63,582 bases of DNA, filler included, from Octopus bimaculoides (GCF_001194135.2; 3 parts of 2 records of this genome joined end to end with filler, not necessarily neighbours in it); one strand, 5' to 3'; shown: positions 13,458 through 26,197, counted from the first letter of the whole stretch. The notes: generated by a model from the letters alone, not told the origin. Numbers and translations: made by a program.

Positions 13458-14232
13458 GTCTGACTATCTATCTATCTATTTATCTATCAACCTATCTACC
13501 TACCTATCTATCTATCTAAAAAAAAAACAATATTTATATATATATATATATATTAGCTATAATTATAAAGATATCCAATGAAGCGAGCTCGGAGTTATCC
13601 ATCGGGGTAATTTACAGCGTATATGACAAATCTAAGTATTTCATAACTGTTAAATACTAAGCGATGCGGTTAGCCGTAACCTGGGGCAAACCTTCAGAGC
13701 TACAATGGTAACCGCCAGGATAATATATCCCTCTAAGCAGAAACACACACATACAAACACATACATACACGCACACACACACACACAAGTATATATAATA
13801 GATATGATTGGCTGCGCTCGATGCGTGACAATTAATGCACCTGTTTCTGTTGCAATGTTAATCACGATGCAAGTTTAGCGTTTCGGCACAAATGTCATTT
13901 GAATATTTGTCCATGGAGGTCCTATAAACTACATCTACCCATTGCATATGTAGAGTGACGTCGTATGTTTCTGATTACTGAACCATATATAACATTTGGA
14001 ATAGAAGAGTGCCACGTCATGCCCACCTTTCTTTTCTCTTGTGATAAAAATATATTCTTAGGTGTCTATCGACCTGGCAGGAAGTACACCATTACAACCA
14101 TGTCTCGCTTTCTCTTCTTTCCTTACTTCATTTCTTACCGTATTTCTTCCTTCCTGTTTTGTTTATTTCTTTATTTCACACACGCACACACACAAACACA
14201 CACACAGATATTTATGTATATATACATATATA

Positions 14233-14367
14233 CGCATACAGGAGTGGCTGTGCGGTAAGTAGCTTGGTTATCAACCACATGGTTCCGGGTTCAGTCCCCC
14301 TTGGGCAAGTGTCTTCTGTTATAGCCTCTTGCCGACCAAAGCCTTGTGAGTGGATTTGGTAGACGAA
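14233..14367 (+). mobile_element. tRNA-derived SINE family A (5' part, runs into gap)
   Basis: GGAGTGGCTGTGCGGTAAG (A-box-like), GGTTCAGTCCC (B-box-like), GACCAAAGCCTTGTGAGTGGATTTGGTAGACG. Confidence 0.85.
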
Positions 14368-15169
14368 TATATATATNNNNNNNNNNNNNNNNNNNNNNNN
14401 NNNNNNNNNNNNNNNNNNNNNNNNNNNNNNNNNNNNNNNNNNNNNNNNNNNNNNNNNNNNNNNNNNNNNNNNNNNNNNNNNNNNNNNNNNNNNNNNNNNN
14501 NNNNNNNNNNNNNNNNNNNNNNNNNNNNNNNNNNNNNNNNNNNNNNNNNNNNNNNNNNNNNNNNNNNNNNNNNNNNNNNNNNNNNNNNNNNNNNNNNNNN
14601 NNNNNNNNNNNNNNNNNNNNNNNNNNNNNNNNNNNNNNNNNNNNNNNNNNNNNNNNNNNNNNNNNNNNNNNNNNNNNNNNNNNNNNNNNNNNNNNNNNNN
14701 NNNNNNNNNNNNNNNNNNNNNNNNNNNNNNNNNNNNNNNNNNNNNNNNNNNNNNNNNNNNNNNNNNNNNNNNNNNNNNNNNNNNNNNNNNNNNNNNNNNN
14801 NNNNNNNNNNNNNNNNNNNNNNNNNNNNNNNNNNNNNNNNNNNNNNNNNNNNNNNNNNNNNNNNNNNNNNNNNNNNNNNNNNNNNNNNNNNNNNNNNNNN
14901 NNNNNNNNNNNNNNNNNNNNNNNNNNNNNNNNNNNNNNNNNNNNNNNNNNNNNNNNNNNNNNNNNNNNNNNNNNNNNNNNNNNNNNNNNNNNNNNNNNNN
15001 NNNNNNNNNNNNNNNNNNNNNNNNNNNNNNNNNNNNNNNNNNNNNNNNNNNNNNNNNNNNNNNNNNNNNNNNNNNNNNNNNNNNNNNNNNNNNNNNNNNN
15101 NNNNNNNNNNNNNNNNNNNNNNNNNNNNNNNNNNNNNNNNNNNNNNNNNNNNNNNNNNNNACATGAAGG

Positions 15170-15465
15170 AGTGTTGCTTTTTTCGTATATGATTTGTGGG
15201 AGAGAATGCTTAAGTCAACCGGGCATGATCACCCATCAGAGAACTCGCAGGTGTCAACCCCCTGTAAATTGTGATACGACTATAGTTTAGAACACAACAT
15301 GAGCAACCTCTGAAAGAGTTGGTCTTTCAGTTGAAGGTTTGAAAAGGCATATAAAAAAATTCATACTGTGGCACCTGTTCCTTCTGCTATTCAGCACAAC
15401 TGTGCATTATGCAGCAGAATGTACAAATCTTCGACCGTGCTCAAGAGTCATACAGGGGCCTCACA
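15170..15465 (+). pseudogene. Three degenerate C2H2 zinc-finger-like motifs (LINE ORF2 C-terminus or C2H2-ZNF relic)
   Basis: YMICGRECLSQPGMITHQRT; SERVGLSVEGLKRHIK; CALCSRMYKSSTVLKSHTGASH; separated by stops/frameshifts. Confidence 0.55.
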
Positions 15466-16091
15466 TTGCATTATGGATGATTCATGTCAATGGTTCCTTC
15501 TAACAATGACTTTGTTCGTATACGAGAAAGCAGTTGACAGTAAATCAAAGCAATTTGATTCCAAGATTTATTTAATTTTAACAACTGAATGAATTTAATA
15601 AAAGCATATACATATGAAACCTCATGAAAATTGTTCAAACTAAACTCCTTGTTGAGCGACACATTTTTCCATTCGAGTCAATCCAGAATTACAGATAGTA
15701 TATATATGGAATTTTGATTTACTGTCGGGTGACTTGTGGCCAAACATGTAGATATATATATATGTATATATATATTCTGTCTTTCATTTGCTATATATAT
15801 ATATTAGAAGGTTTGGAGGTGATGTACAGGAATTATATATATATATATACATACAAACATAACCAGGAACTTACCGAACTCGTCTCGAGATTTCCCACGT
15901 ACTAATTTTGCCGACGCAGAAAACCTAACCAACTTCCTTGAATTCCGAATTCCCCCAACGTACATGTCTGTATTTATGTATGTACGTATGTATATATGTA
16001 TGCACGTATGTATGTATGTATGTATGTATGTATGTATGTATGTATGTACGTACGTACGTATGTGTTATCTATCTATCTATCTATCTATATA

Positions 16092-16838
16092 TATATTTTT
16101 ATATATAACGTTGACCACTAATGTGGACATTCAATGTGCTAGAAATAGATCACATCTTGTGTCTACTAAGACCTAAATTGTTCTCAAAAACGAAATTTAG
16201 CGGAATACCAAAGCGTAAGCGGGCAAGACATTTAAAATTACCTAAAAAATCATTAATAAATAGGGACCGGTTTCAAAATTAACAATCTTACTGACTGTCT
16301 GTTTCTCTTCAGCCTATTCGTAATGTAACCATAATCCTCAGAACCCTATACAAATTGCCCACTGTCATAGGTGCACGTATATGTGGTTCTGTTAATTACA
16401 GCTTAATGGTAAAATTCAAAAGTCTTCCTTTTGGCACGCTAATTCCAGGAATATGTCTGCAGAAAATATTTACTGCGTCACATATATCTAGTTTGAGAAC
16501 TTTGGTTATGGTTAATACAATAACATAGGGTAAAAATCATATATTAATTAATATCGATTAATTACCAGGAAGCTAGCACATTTAAAGAATCAAAGAGATT
16601 CAGAAACAATATCTGCAATCTCAGGGGATTAAAGTATATTTTTATATATAACGTTGACCACTAAAGTGGACATTCAATGTGCTAGAAATAGATCACATCT
16701 TGTGTCTACTAAGACCTAAATTGTTCTCAAAAACGAAATTTAGCGGAATACCAAAGCGTAAGCGGGCAAGACATTTAAAATTACCTAAACAATCATTATT
16801 AAATAGGGACCGGTTTCAAAATTAACAATATTACCGAC
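16092..16838. repeat. 204-bp direct repeats (16092-16295, 16635-16838) around a unique 339-bp core
   Basis: Period 543; five substitutions counted between copies; flanked by TA/TATG microsatellites. Confidence 0.85.
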
Positions 16839-17344
16839 ATATATATATATATATACATACATACATACATACATACATACATACATACATACATAGGTAT
16901 ATATACATACATAGGTAGGTATGTATGCATGTATGTAGTGATTATAAGTGTATGTTCTTGTGTGTGAGTGCCGTTGCTTATTTGCTCTCTGGCCTAAACA
17001 AAATATCTAAGCAGACACGTTCGTTCCTTTTTTTTGTTTACTATTTTTTCTACATATTTTATTAGTCTCTGTACTTGTATGGATTTCTTAGACGTATCCA
17101 CATACAGAACGTCAGTATTAATTTCCCGAGATATGTGTTCACAAATAAAACTCATACATTTGTCGAATGAAGCGCTACCCACTGCATATTTTGCCTCAGT
17201 TCTGTTTTGTTTGTACTTGTATCAGTTTATGATGATGATGGGAAGGAGGAGAAGTGGAGGCGGAGGAGGAGGTTAATGTTAGTAGTAATAGTAGTAGTAG
17301 TACTTGTTTTAACAAGAAGGAGAAGAAGATTAATAATTACAACA

Positions 17345-17356
17345 GTAATAATAATG

Positions 17357-17422
<66 letters not shown>

Positions 17423-17463
17423 TTAATAATAATAATAATATTAATAATAATAATAATAATAAT
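17345..17463. repeat. (AAT)n tract; 3' tail/target of the adjacent element
   Basis: Direct reading; on minus strand AATAAA (17472-17467) immediately precedes (ATT)n. Confidence 0.95.
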
Positions 17464-19680
17464 TTCTTTATTAACCTCAAGGGTTTACTTGAAGCAAAAC
17501 AGGACAAAACAAAAATAATTTGTATGTATGTGTATGAGTGGCTGTAGTTGCGAGGGTTTTAAAAAAAGCGGGAAGATCAATAATGCGCAATCCTCAATAG
17601 GGTGGAAACGTTCGGGGGCTGCACATGGAAAACCCCATAAAAACCATAGGTATCCTGACTTATGGAGTAGACGCCTTTTCTTTCTTTTTTTCCTTTCCTT
17701 TCCTCTTTCCAACTACAGGCGTATGCTCAGGGCAGGTCCGTTCACGCCACTTTCATCCACCCTTCGGCAAACTGACTAGAAAACAGCATTTCCCTCTCTA
17801 ACCATATTTTACTTTTCAAGGGAAACTTGAAGAAGTTCATCAGGGATTGGCCAACGAGAAAAGTGTTTGTTTTTTAGTCCCTTTTCCCTGAAGGCGTTGA
17901 GCAGGTGAACCCGCTTCCAAGGCAACCCCAGGCTACTTGCATTCACGCTGCCGATTTTGTACACGACCATGTTGTCGGAAAAGTGAAGAAAAGAAAGGGG
18001 AAACTTACTTGGCTTTGTTTGGAGTGGTGGATTACCTGTCCCTCCTGTTGGCTTGGCGTGTTTCCAACAGCAAATCACCAAGAATTCTCATGGTGACATT
18101 CTGGCGAAAATCTCCGATTTCCTGTCGGAAATGGGTTTTTAAGTGTGTGTATATGTTTTGCATTGTTTGAATGATTTGTATGTGTGCAGGTAAGGAGAAT
18201 ATGGGTGTGACAAAATCTTTTCGTTTATTGTTTGTGCGTGTTATTATTTATTTGTTTGAATTTATTGCCATGTAGTTCGTAATGTTACCGTCTTCATTTT
18301 GTGTTGATGTTTTTGCTGCTGTTGTAGTTATTGTTGCGGTTGTTGTTGTTGTTTTTGTATCGGTGGTGGTGGTGGTGGAGGTTGTGATTTTTGTTACTGT
18401 TGTGCGTGTGGAATGGAGTGTGTTTCAGGTGTTAGGGGTGGTGGGGTCGATGCAGTGTTTGTTTTGGACGTGTTTGTTTTTGTTGTTTTGATTTTTTTTC
18501 CTTTTCCACTTCTTGTGTGGATAAGGATTGTTGTTGTTGTTGTTGTTGTTGTTGTTTGTCCATATGTTTGTTTTTCCTTCTGCCTCTTTTACGTTTTTTT
18601 TTTTGTTTTGTTTTTATCTCCCAGTCTTCATCGCGATCCGTCTCTCCAGCTGCGATGTCCACCCGCTCTGCATCGAGAAGTGGAACATATTCGGGCGCTG
18701 AGAAGTGTTTGGGTGAACTGGGTGTCGGTATGGTTGTTGGTGCTGTTATGGCTGAATCTGCTGATGGTGATGCTGCTGCTGCTGTTGTTGCTGGAGTTCT
18801 GATGGCCGTTGTTGGTGTAGAGAGGAGAGGTGCCCGTCTCTCTTTTTCATTTAGCTTGGAGCAGTCGATTTTTAAACGCTTAGGTGAAAAGCAAAAGTAG
18901 CACTTTGGTCTTCTTCCATCAACCCCGAGAGGAATTGTGCTGCCTCCAGGAACAAGGATCTGGCCTGGAGTGAAATCCATGTTCCTTTGTCTTGTTTGAA
19001 TGAGCTCTACGGTCATCCCAGACCAGTTTTCTGAGCTTAGTATTTTTCACTCATTTATTCTAATTCATTTGTTTATTTTTATTTACATGTTTATTTGCTG
19101 ATAGTCTGATAGACTTCGAGGATTTTCGAATTTTCCTCAATATCTGTCATCACTGCTGCAATTAGCCAAGGAATGGCTATTTCTGCTGGATTATAATGTT
19201 TGCCAGTCTCTGACTGCAGTAGTAATTAACTAGCAACAGCTCCTCGCTTTTGAGGGGATTCAGAGAGAGATGTTTGGCTTCTTCTTCGGTGTGGAATCGA
19301 ACGTCCACCATTCTATAGGCCTTTTCTCTCTGTACATATTCCTTTAGAGTCCAGACGGAACATAGAACTTGTTGTATTTGAGCCTCTGTGGTTCTTTCCA
19401 CCCTCCTTGACTTTTAACCCGATTATACGGCACATCACTGTGTGACATATCGTAGCTTGGATTGCCTCAGGTCCATGTCTCTCGAATACCTGTCTAGCAT
19501 ATTTCAGTTCCTCTTCTGAGAATTGTATTTTCTGGAGAGATGATTTCGGTACTCCAGCGAAAGAAAGCTTTGAAAGGCTGTTGTAGCGGCTTGCGTCTTG
19601 GCTCTTTCATTGTCTTTGTCGTTGTTGTTGCTTTTGTTGCTGCCGTTGTTGGCTTTGTTGTTGCTGCTGTTACCTTTGTT

Positions 19681-19711
<31 letters not shown>

Positions 19712-19750
19712 ATGAAGAACAACAAAAACAACAAAAACAACAAAAACAAC
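17464..19750 (-). mobile_element. Internally deleted L1/Tx1-like non-LTR retrotransposon
   Basis: Disrupted ORF1, start of an APE-endonuclease ORF2 (MVVYKIGSVNASSLGLPWKRVHLLNAFREKGL, 17970-17875), no RT, 3' AATAAA plus (ATT)n tail. Confidence 0.7.
18432..19590 (-). pseudogene. ORF1 (gag-like) of the L1/Tx1-like element, frameshifted
   Basis: Segments SKLSFAGVPKS..., RMVDVRFHTEEEAKHL (RRM-like), IPAEIAIPWLIAAV, VDGRRPKCYFCFSPKRLKIDC (CCHC knuckle with His replaced by Arg), then T/P/K/Q-rich tail. Confidence 0.7.
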
Positions 19751-19801
<51 letters not shown>

Positions 19802-20059
19802 TTAATAATAAATTCAACATACCCAATATGCCAAAATCTTAGGTGGGGAAAGTAGTCGTTATTTCGACCCCAAGGGCCGACTGGTACTTGATTTCTTTGA
19901 CCCTGGAAACTGCACTCCGAGGAATTTGAGCTTATAAAGCCGGAACACTCACCTCTAATTATTCTAAAGCTATTGAATGAGACATGTATGATATCATAGG
20001 CCTCACACATGATAACACTGCCTAGGATATTGGAAAACCAGACCCATTTACAGAGAACA

Positions 20060-20133
20060 CCACTGAGTGGGACTGAACCCGGAACCAGGTGGTTGGTAAG
20101 CAAGTTACTTACCACACAGCCACTCCTACGCCT
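20060..20133 (-). mobile_element. SINE family A head (plus degenerate family B remnant at 19825-19960)
   Basis: GGGACTGAACCCGGAACCAGGTGGTTGGTAAGCAAGTTACTTACCACACAGCCACTCCTACGCC. Confidence 0.8.
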
Positions 20134-21417
20134 AGTTAACTAATTTGTTTAATTTCGTGTTACATTTTGCACCAGGAAGTAAAACGTTGTGATTGCCCCA
20201 TGCACATTCATACGTACTCAAAACTGCTTACAGAAACGCTGCCCACCCAATATGTGTATGCGTGTGTATGTATGTGTACATACATGCATAGGTAAATATT
20301 TAAAATCAACCATATAGTACAAATAAATACGAATATACGATTTTGTTTATGTTTGCAAGCGTCCGTGCATCTACAAGGCAGATTTATTTATGACCCGCAC
20401 ACGGAAACCTCAAACTTGCGCATGGAGGTCAGCTGCAATGTGAACTTTTCCATGCACTTGAGATTCTACTAAAGATGAACGCAACATTTGTTTACCACAT
20501 TAATAATACGTTTCACTTTTAATTGGTTGTGGTTTTACGATGAGATAAGGACATTTATATGTTTGGTAATAACGCGTTTTATACCCGATCACAATGAAAC
20601 CAATGTCCAGTTTATTTGAGAAAAACATTTCTAACTTAAGCGTAGAACGAATGAAATTTTTACGAAGTTGTAAAGTTTTATTAAGTTTTGCCTCACAAGT
20701 TCCTCATCGCTTTTGAGGTTATCAATTTAATCTAATATATAACGAACCAATTCCAGATTATTGCATTGACCTTTACTCTTAGTTTTCATCCATGCTTATG
20801 AGATTCGATGAAAAGAGAAAGAGTGAGAGAAGATGAGGAGAGAGATGAAACAAGATGCAGAGACGTACATCAAGAACGAAAGACATAGAAGTAGAAAAAG
20901 AGCCGAAAAGAATAAGGAGAAATCTTCTATAATCGTTATTATCATATAAAAACTTCATCGAGGAAAGAAAATGTCGACCAGCTAAGATGCGTTTATCTGT
21001 ATTTTACTGGAGGGTATGTTATAACACAGGGTGTTGTATTGATAAATATTGCGCCATGATAAAATCGAATTTCCAATAACCATTCCTTCCTATCTAATTC
21101 AAAATTCCTGACACCCACACTCATGGTCTCCCTCCCACTCTCTCACTCAGTGTATACATACACGCAAGCACACAAAATCAGGCGAAAACACACCCAAACA
21201 CATACACATATAAATTTTGTGTATATATGCGAGTATATTGATACATATATATGTATAATTTGTGTGGATCACTGTGCTCCAAGTGTCAGTATGTTCTAGA
21301 TCTGTGTCAAAATACACCAGAAATTCAGAAAAGTATGTACCAATCAGATAATTCTGTATTTCAAAAACTCTCACTAAACATTGAAAACTTACAATAGTAG
21401 AAGACAGACAGAGAAAC

Positions 21418-21485
<68 letters not shown>

Positions 21486-21514
21486 NNNNNNNNNNAGAGA
21501 GAGAGATAGATAGT

Positions 21515-21570
<56 letters not shown>

Positions 21571-21629
21571 CAGACGTAAGTCTTTAATTAGTACAGTCCT
21601 AAACACTCTATATGCACGTCTAGGGTACG

Positions 21630-21990
21630 GCCCACGAACTCTTTACAGACGAACCGTAGACAGGGACCTTCATTGCGAACTAGCTAGTGAGATGGGCCGC
21701 AGAGAAGGGACATGCGGTTAATTGGTGAAGGTGACTGGAGGTTTAATGTACAGCACTGCCCATGAACTCATAGCAAACAAACTGTAGACAGGGATCTCTA
21801 CTGCGGGCAAATTACCGAGATGGTCTGTGGAGGAGAGACTTCCGGTTAGGCTGCAAAGAAGACTGGGAGCTTATTACAGGACACTGCCCATGAACTTATA
21901 GCGGACGGATTGTAGACAGGGATTGTCACACGTACATTTTGTCCATAATATTCTCATACGGAGACGTAAGCGAATATAGCAGTCAAATAT
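21630..21990. repeat. Degenerate 128-bp tandem repeat (about 2.5 visible units) next to a 453-N gap
   Basis: GCCCAYGAACT....GTAGACAGGGA recurs at 21630, 21758 and 21886. Confidence 0.8.
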
Positions 21991-23179
21991 NNNNNNNNNN
22001 NNNNNNNNNNNNNNNNNNNNNNNNNNNNNNNNNNNNNNNNNNNNNNNNNNNNNNNNNNNNNNNNNNNNNNNNNNNNNNNNNNNNNNNNNNNNNNNNNNNN
22101 NNNNNNNNNNNNNNNNNNNNNNNNNNNNNNNNNNNNNNNNNNNNNNNNNNNNNNNNNNNNNNNNNNNNNNNNNNNNNNNNNNNNNNNNNNNNNNNNNNNN
22201 NNNNNNNNNNNNNNNNNNNNNNNNNNNNNNNNNNNNNNNNNNNNNNNNNNNNNNNNNNNNNNNNNNNNNNNNNNNNNNNNNNNNNNNNNNNNNNNNNNNN
22301 NNNNNNNNNNNNNNNNNNNNNNNNNNNNNNNNNNNNNNNNNNNNNNNNNNNNNNNNNNNNNNNNNNNNNNNNNNNNNNNNNNNNNNNNNNNNNNNNNNNN
22401 NNNNNNNNNNNNNNNNNNNNNNNNNNNNNNNNNNNNNNNNNNNTCGAAGAATATAGATCCAAGCCATCACTAGAACTAAAAAAATTATAAAACTTCCCAG
22501 TATTTTATCATTTAACTATATATGGGCCTATTTAGATATGTAACTAAATGCATGAGGATACATACATAGAACAAAGCATACAAATGTGCACGTATACATA
22601 CAGAACATGCATACATACATACATACATACATACATACATACATACATACATACATACATACATACATACATACATACATACATACATGTAGAAATACCC
22701 TGTCGTTGATGTTGAAGTTCCAATTAATGAGTGTTAGATCTAGGTTAGAAACTGGCTCTTTCTCTACCGGCAAGAAATTTTGAAATAAAACTGACCAGTA
22801 ACATACATACATACATATATACATACATACATACATACATACATACATGCATATATGCATGCATACATACAAATATATGCATACAATTAAAAAGTAACAA
22901 CCCAGCATTTAAATCCGTACTTGTATGTATTTGTAAATGTATATATGTATGCATTTATGTATGTATGTATATATGTATGTATGCATACGTGACTGTGCTT
23001 TCGCCTGTGTGTGACTTCTATTTACGTACTTTAGATGAAAACGAATTAACATATATAAGTTATATTTTATTTAAAGAATATACATATTCAGAGCGTTCCC
23101 TTCATGTGTATCCCATAATCCTCTCTCACTGTCCGTCTATCTCTTCCTTTCTCACTGTCTTTATTCTCTCTCAATGTGT

Positions 23180-23237
<58 letters not shown>

Positions 23238-23429
23238 ATCTATCTATCTATCTATCTTTTTATCTATATATCTCTCTCTCCCCCTCACACACACTATATG
23301 AATGAATGTATGTTTGTATGTATGTATGTGCATATATATGTATGCATGTATGTATACACAAACACTGACGCGCACACACACATACACACGCATATATCGA
23401 TTATATACATGCATACATATATACATACA

Positions 23430-23461
<32 letters not shown>

Positions 23462-23761
23462 NNNNNNNNNNNNNNNNNNNNNNNNNNNNNNNNNNNNNNN
23501 NNNNNNNNNNNNNNNNNNNNNNNNNNNNNNNNNNNNNNNNNNNNNNNNNNNNNNNNNNNNNNNNNNNNNNNNNNNNNNNNNNNNNNNNNNNNNNNNNNNN
23601 NNNNNNNNNNNNNNNNNNNNNNNNNNNNNTATGTATGTATGTATGTATGTATGTATGTATACGTATCTCTAAAGAAATCGATTAGTGTTCTGTTCGATAG
23701 GGCATGATAATATAAAGAAAGATTATATTTTGTGCGGACTAGAGTTACAATTACACACACC

Positions 23762-23795
<34 letters not shown>

Positions 23796-24899
23796 AACAC
23801 GCACACACACACGCACACACACACACACACAGACACACACACACACACACTCATGCATATAACCTTATAGACACACGTATGGTTACGCTGAAACGCATAG
23901 AGTACACAATCACACATACATATTGCTACACATGCACATACACACGTCCCAATGCAAGCTTGCTGATAAATAAACAAAACAAGTGGCAATTCTTAACTTC
24001 ATACCGTGACCTCGTTCGTTGAACCGAAGACACATTAATTTCCTGTTTTATTCTCTTTCAGCGCTATCGACAGAATATATAAAGTCCTTGGTTGCGTTAT
24101 TCAATATTTTCCAAGAATATCAACACAAATCTGGCAATGATTGTTTGGAACCTATCTCGATTAGAAACAACATATAGATGAGTGTAGTAATAACATGAAA
24201 TTGCCATTGTGTCTATTGTGTTTGCAAGGGTGGGGGAACAGTACTGCTATTTTAAGACATATCTACTTTAAGCTCCTTGAAAGTAAATATTTTCTCACTG
24301 TTAGGACGGACAAGTTTTCGAAAGACGTTAGGAAGTTTTCAGAGGTCAGTTGATTGCTATATATTATGAAGGAAAATACTTGCTGTTATAATATAACAAA
24401 ACGTAAAGCAATAAGGAAATTTGTTCGTGATCGTGCTACATGCTAGATATAGCACTGTAAACCCCTCATGTATAACACCCATTATCTTCCAGAATAAAAG
24501 GGCACAACAGAAAACATAATTATGCCTGAATTATATTAAGATGTTGTGTTCAGATTTGGAAGGAATATGAATAAACGTGCGAAATTAAAATACAAAACAG
24601 AAAAAAATATGCCCCAAAAGCAACAACAACAACAACCATAGCAGCAACATCAATAACAACAAAGCCCCAAAATACGTAGTTGCAACAATTTAAGCGCCAA
24701 CGGCTAATCAGTGTTCTAGAAGTAGCAGTTAAACATCTCTCTCTCTCGCTTATAATCTAGCTATACGAAGTTTTGAGAGAACAGAAACATCAAACGCCAG
24801 ATTGGAAGTTTTATGCAGCTGCATAATAATGGTTTCATATATGCATACATACATACATACATACAAACATATGATTGACCGTTGACTGAACACTATTCA

Positions 24900-25080
24900 A
24901 TTTTTTTTCTCTGTGTTTTTCTCCTTGTCTCCGTATTCTTTCTGTTGAAGAGCGTAGCTCGAAACGTCAAAGACTTTCCGTATTCCCGAGCGTCATACTA
25001 ATACATCCTTTTGTTATTTACACCACCTGTCCTCGTCTGTTGTTGTTTTTTCGTACATTCTCCCATATATATATATATAT
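24900..25080 (+). mobile_element. Penelope-pLTR-like repeat with hammerhead-like motif, copy 2
   Basis: TCTTT-CTGTTGA-A-GAG-CGTAG-CTC-GAAA-CG-TC-AAAGA; homologous to 9100-9290; ends in (TA)n. Confidence 0.55.
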
Positions 25081-25334
25081 ATGAGTACAGCAAAAATTTT
25101 GATTCAGATAAATATGGTACTTAAGCTGAGGCACCAGAATTTAGTACGGTATTATCCATACAATTTTAAAATAAAGTGATTAGAATCAAAATAAGCAACA
25201 AGAATAACTGAATCCAGAACTATATGGTTGGGAAGCATGCTTCCTACCACACACTCAACAACCACTCCTATATATATATATATAGATCATACATACATCT
25301 ATCAGGTCATNNNNNNNNNNACACACTCAGTTTA

Positions 25335-26059
25335 TGGGAAATAATGCTTAAATGAAAAGAACTTGCAAAAGATGGTTTGCAAAATTCAAAAGTGGATATT
25401 TCAGCCTTGAAGATGAAAATCGAACACGACGTCCTTGAGGCATTACTTGAAGAAAATCCTGCATTATCAGTTGAAGAATTGGCAATAAAGCTTAGTTCAA
25501 ACCATACAACTGTACATCGACAACTTCAACAACTTGGAAGGCTTCCTAAACTTGGAAAATGGATGCCTCATGAATTGTTCGAAAGCAATCGCAAATTCCC
25601 AGTTGATATCTGCTTTTCTCTCCATTCTTGCAAACGCAAACTCATTTCACATTTTTTGCATAGATTTGTGACTGGTGACGAAAGATGGATCTTCTATCGA
25701 AATTTTAAACGCCATGAACAGTAGCTTGGTAAAAGGGAAAAAGCTCAACCAAAACCGAGAAGAGAACTTCATGGAAAAAAGGTTCTTTTCTCTATCTGGT
25801 GGGATTGCAAAAGAGTAATTCACTTTTAATTGTTACCACCTAATGTATCAATCAATGCTCAAGTCTACTGTCAGCAATTAGAGCGTTTGAACCAAGCTTT
25901 GAAGAAAACAAAAGACCCGCTTTAGTGAATCGAAAAGGAGTGATGTTTAATCAGGACAATGCACGACCCCACACTGCAAAAATCACATCACAGAAGATCG
26001 AAGAGCTTGGTTGGGAAAAAAATTCTTGATTCACCTTATTCTCCCGACCTTGCTCCATT
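25335..26059 (+). mobile_element. Mariner (Tc1/mariner) transposase pseudogene
   Basis: CKRWFAKFKSGYFSLEDENR, GKWMPHEL (WVPHEL), VTGDERWIFY, QDNARPHTA, SPYSPDLAP; stops and frameshifts; truncated by gaps. Confidence 0.95.
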
Positions 26060-26159
26060 NNNNNNNNNNNNNNNNNNNNNNNNNNNNNNNNNNNNNNNNN
26101 NNNTTAATTAATTAANNNNNNNNNNNNNNNNNNNNNNNNNNNNNNNNNNNNNNNNNNNN

Positions 26160-26194
<35 letters not shown>

Positions 26195-26197
<3 letters not shown>

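Noticed and set aside
21630-21990. CRISPR-like reading of the conserved-block repeat
   Set aside because: Eukaryotic context, no cas genes, and the intervening segments are homologous rather than unique spacers
26104-26115. TTAATTAATTAA island inside N runs (also 53380-53391)
   Set aside because: Identical all-frame-stop 12-mer centred in two gaps; scaffolding linker, not biology
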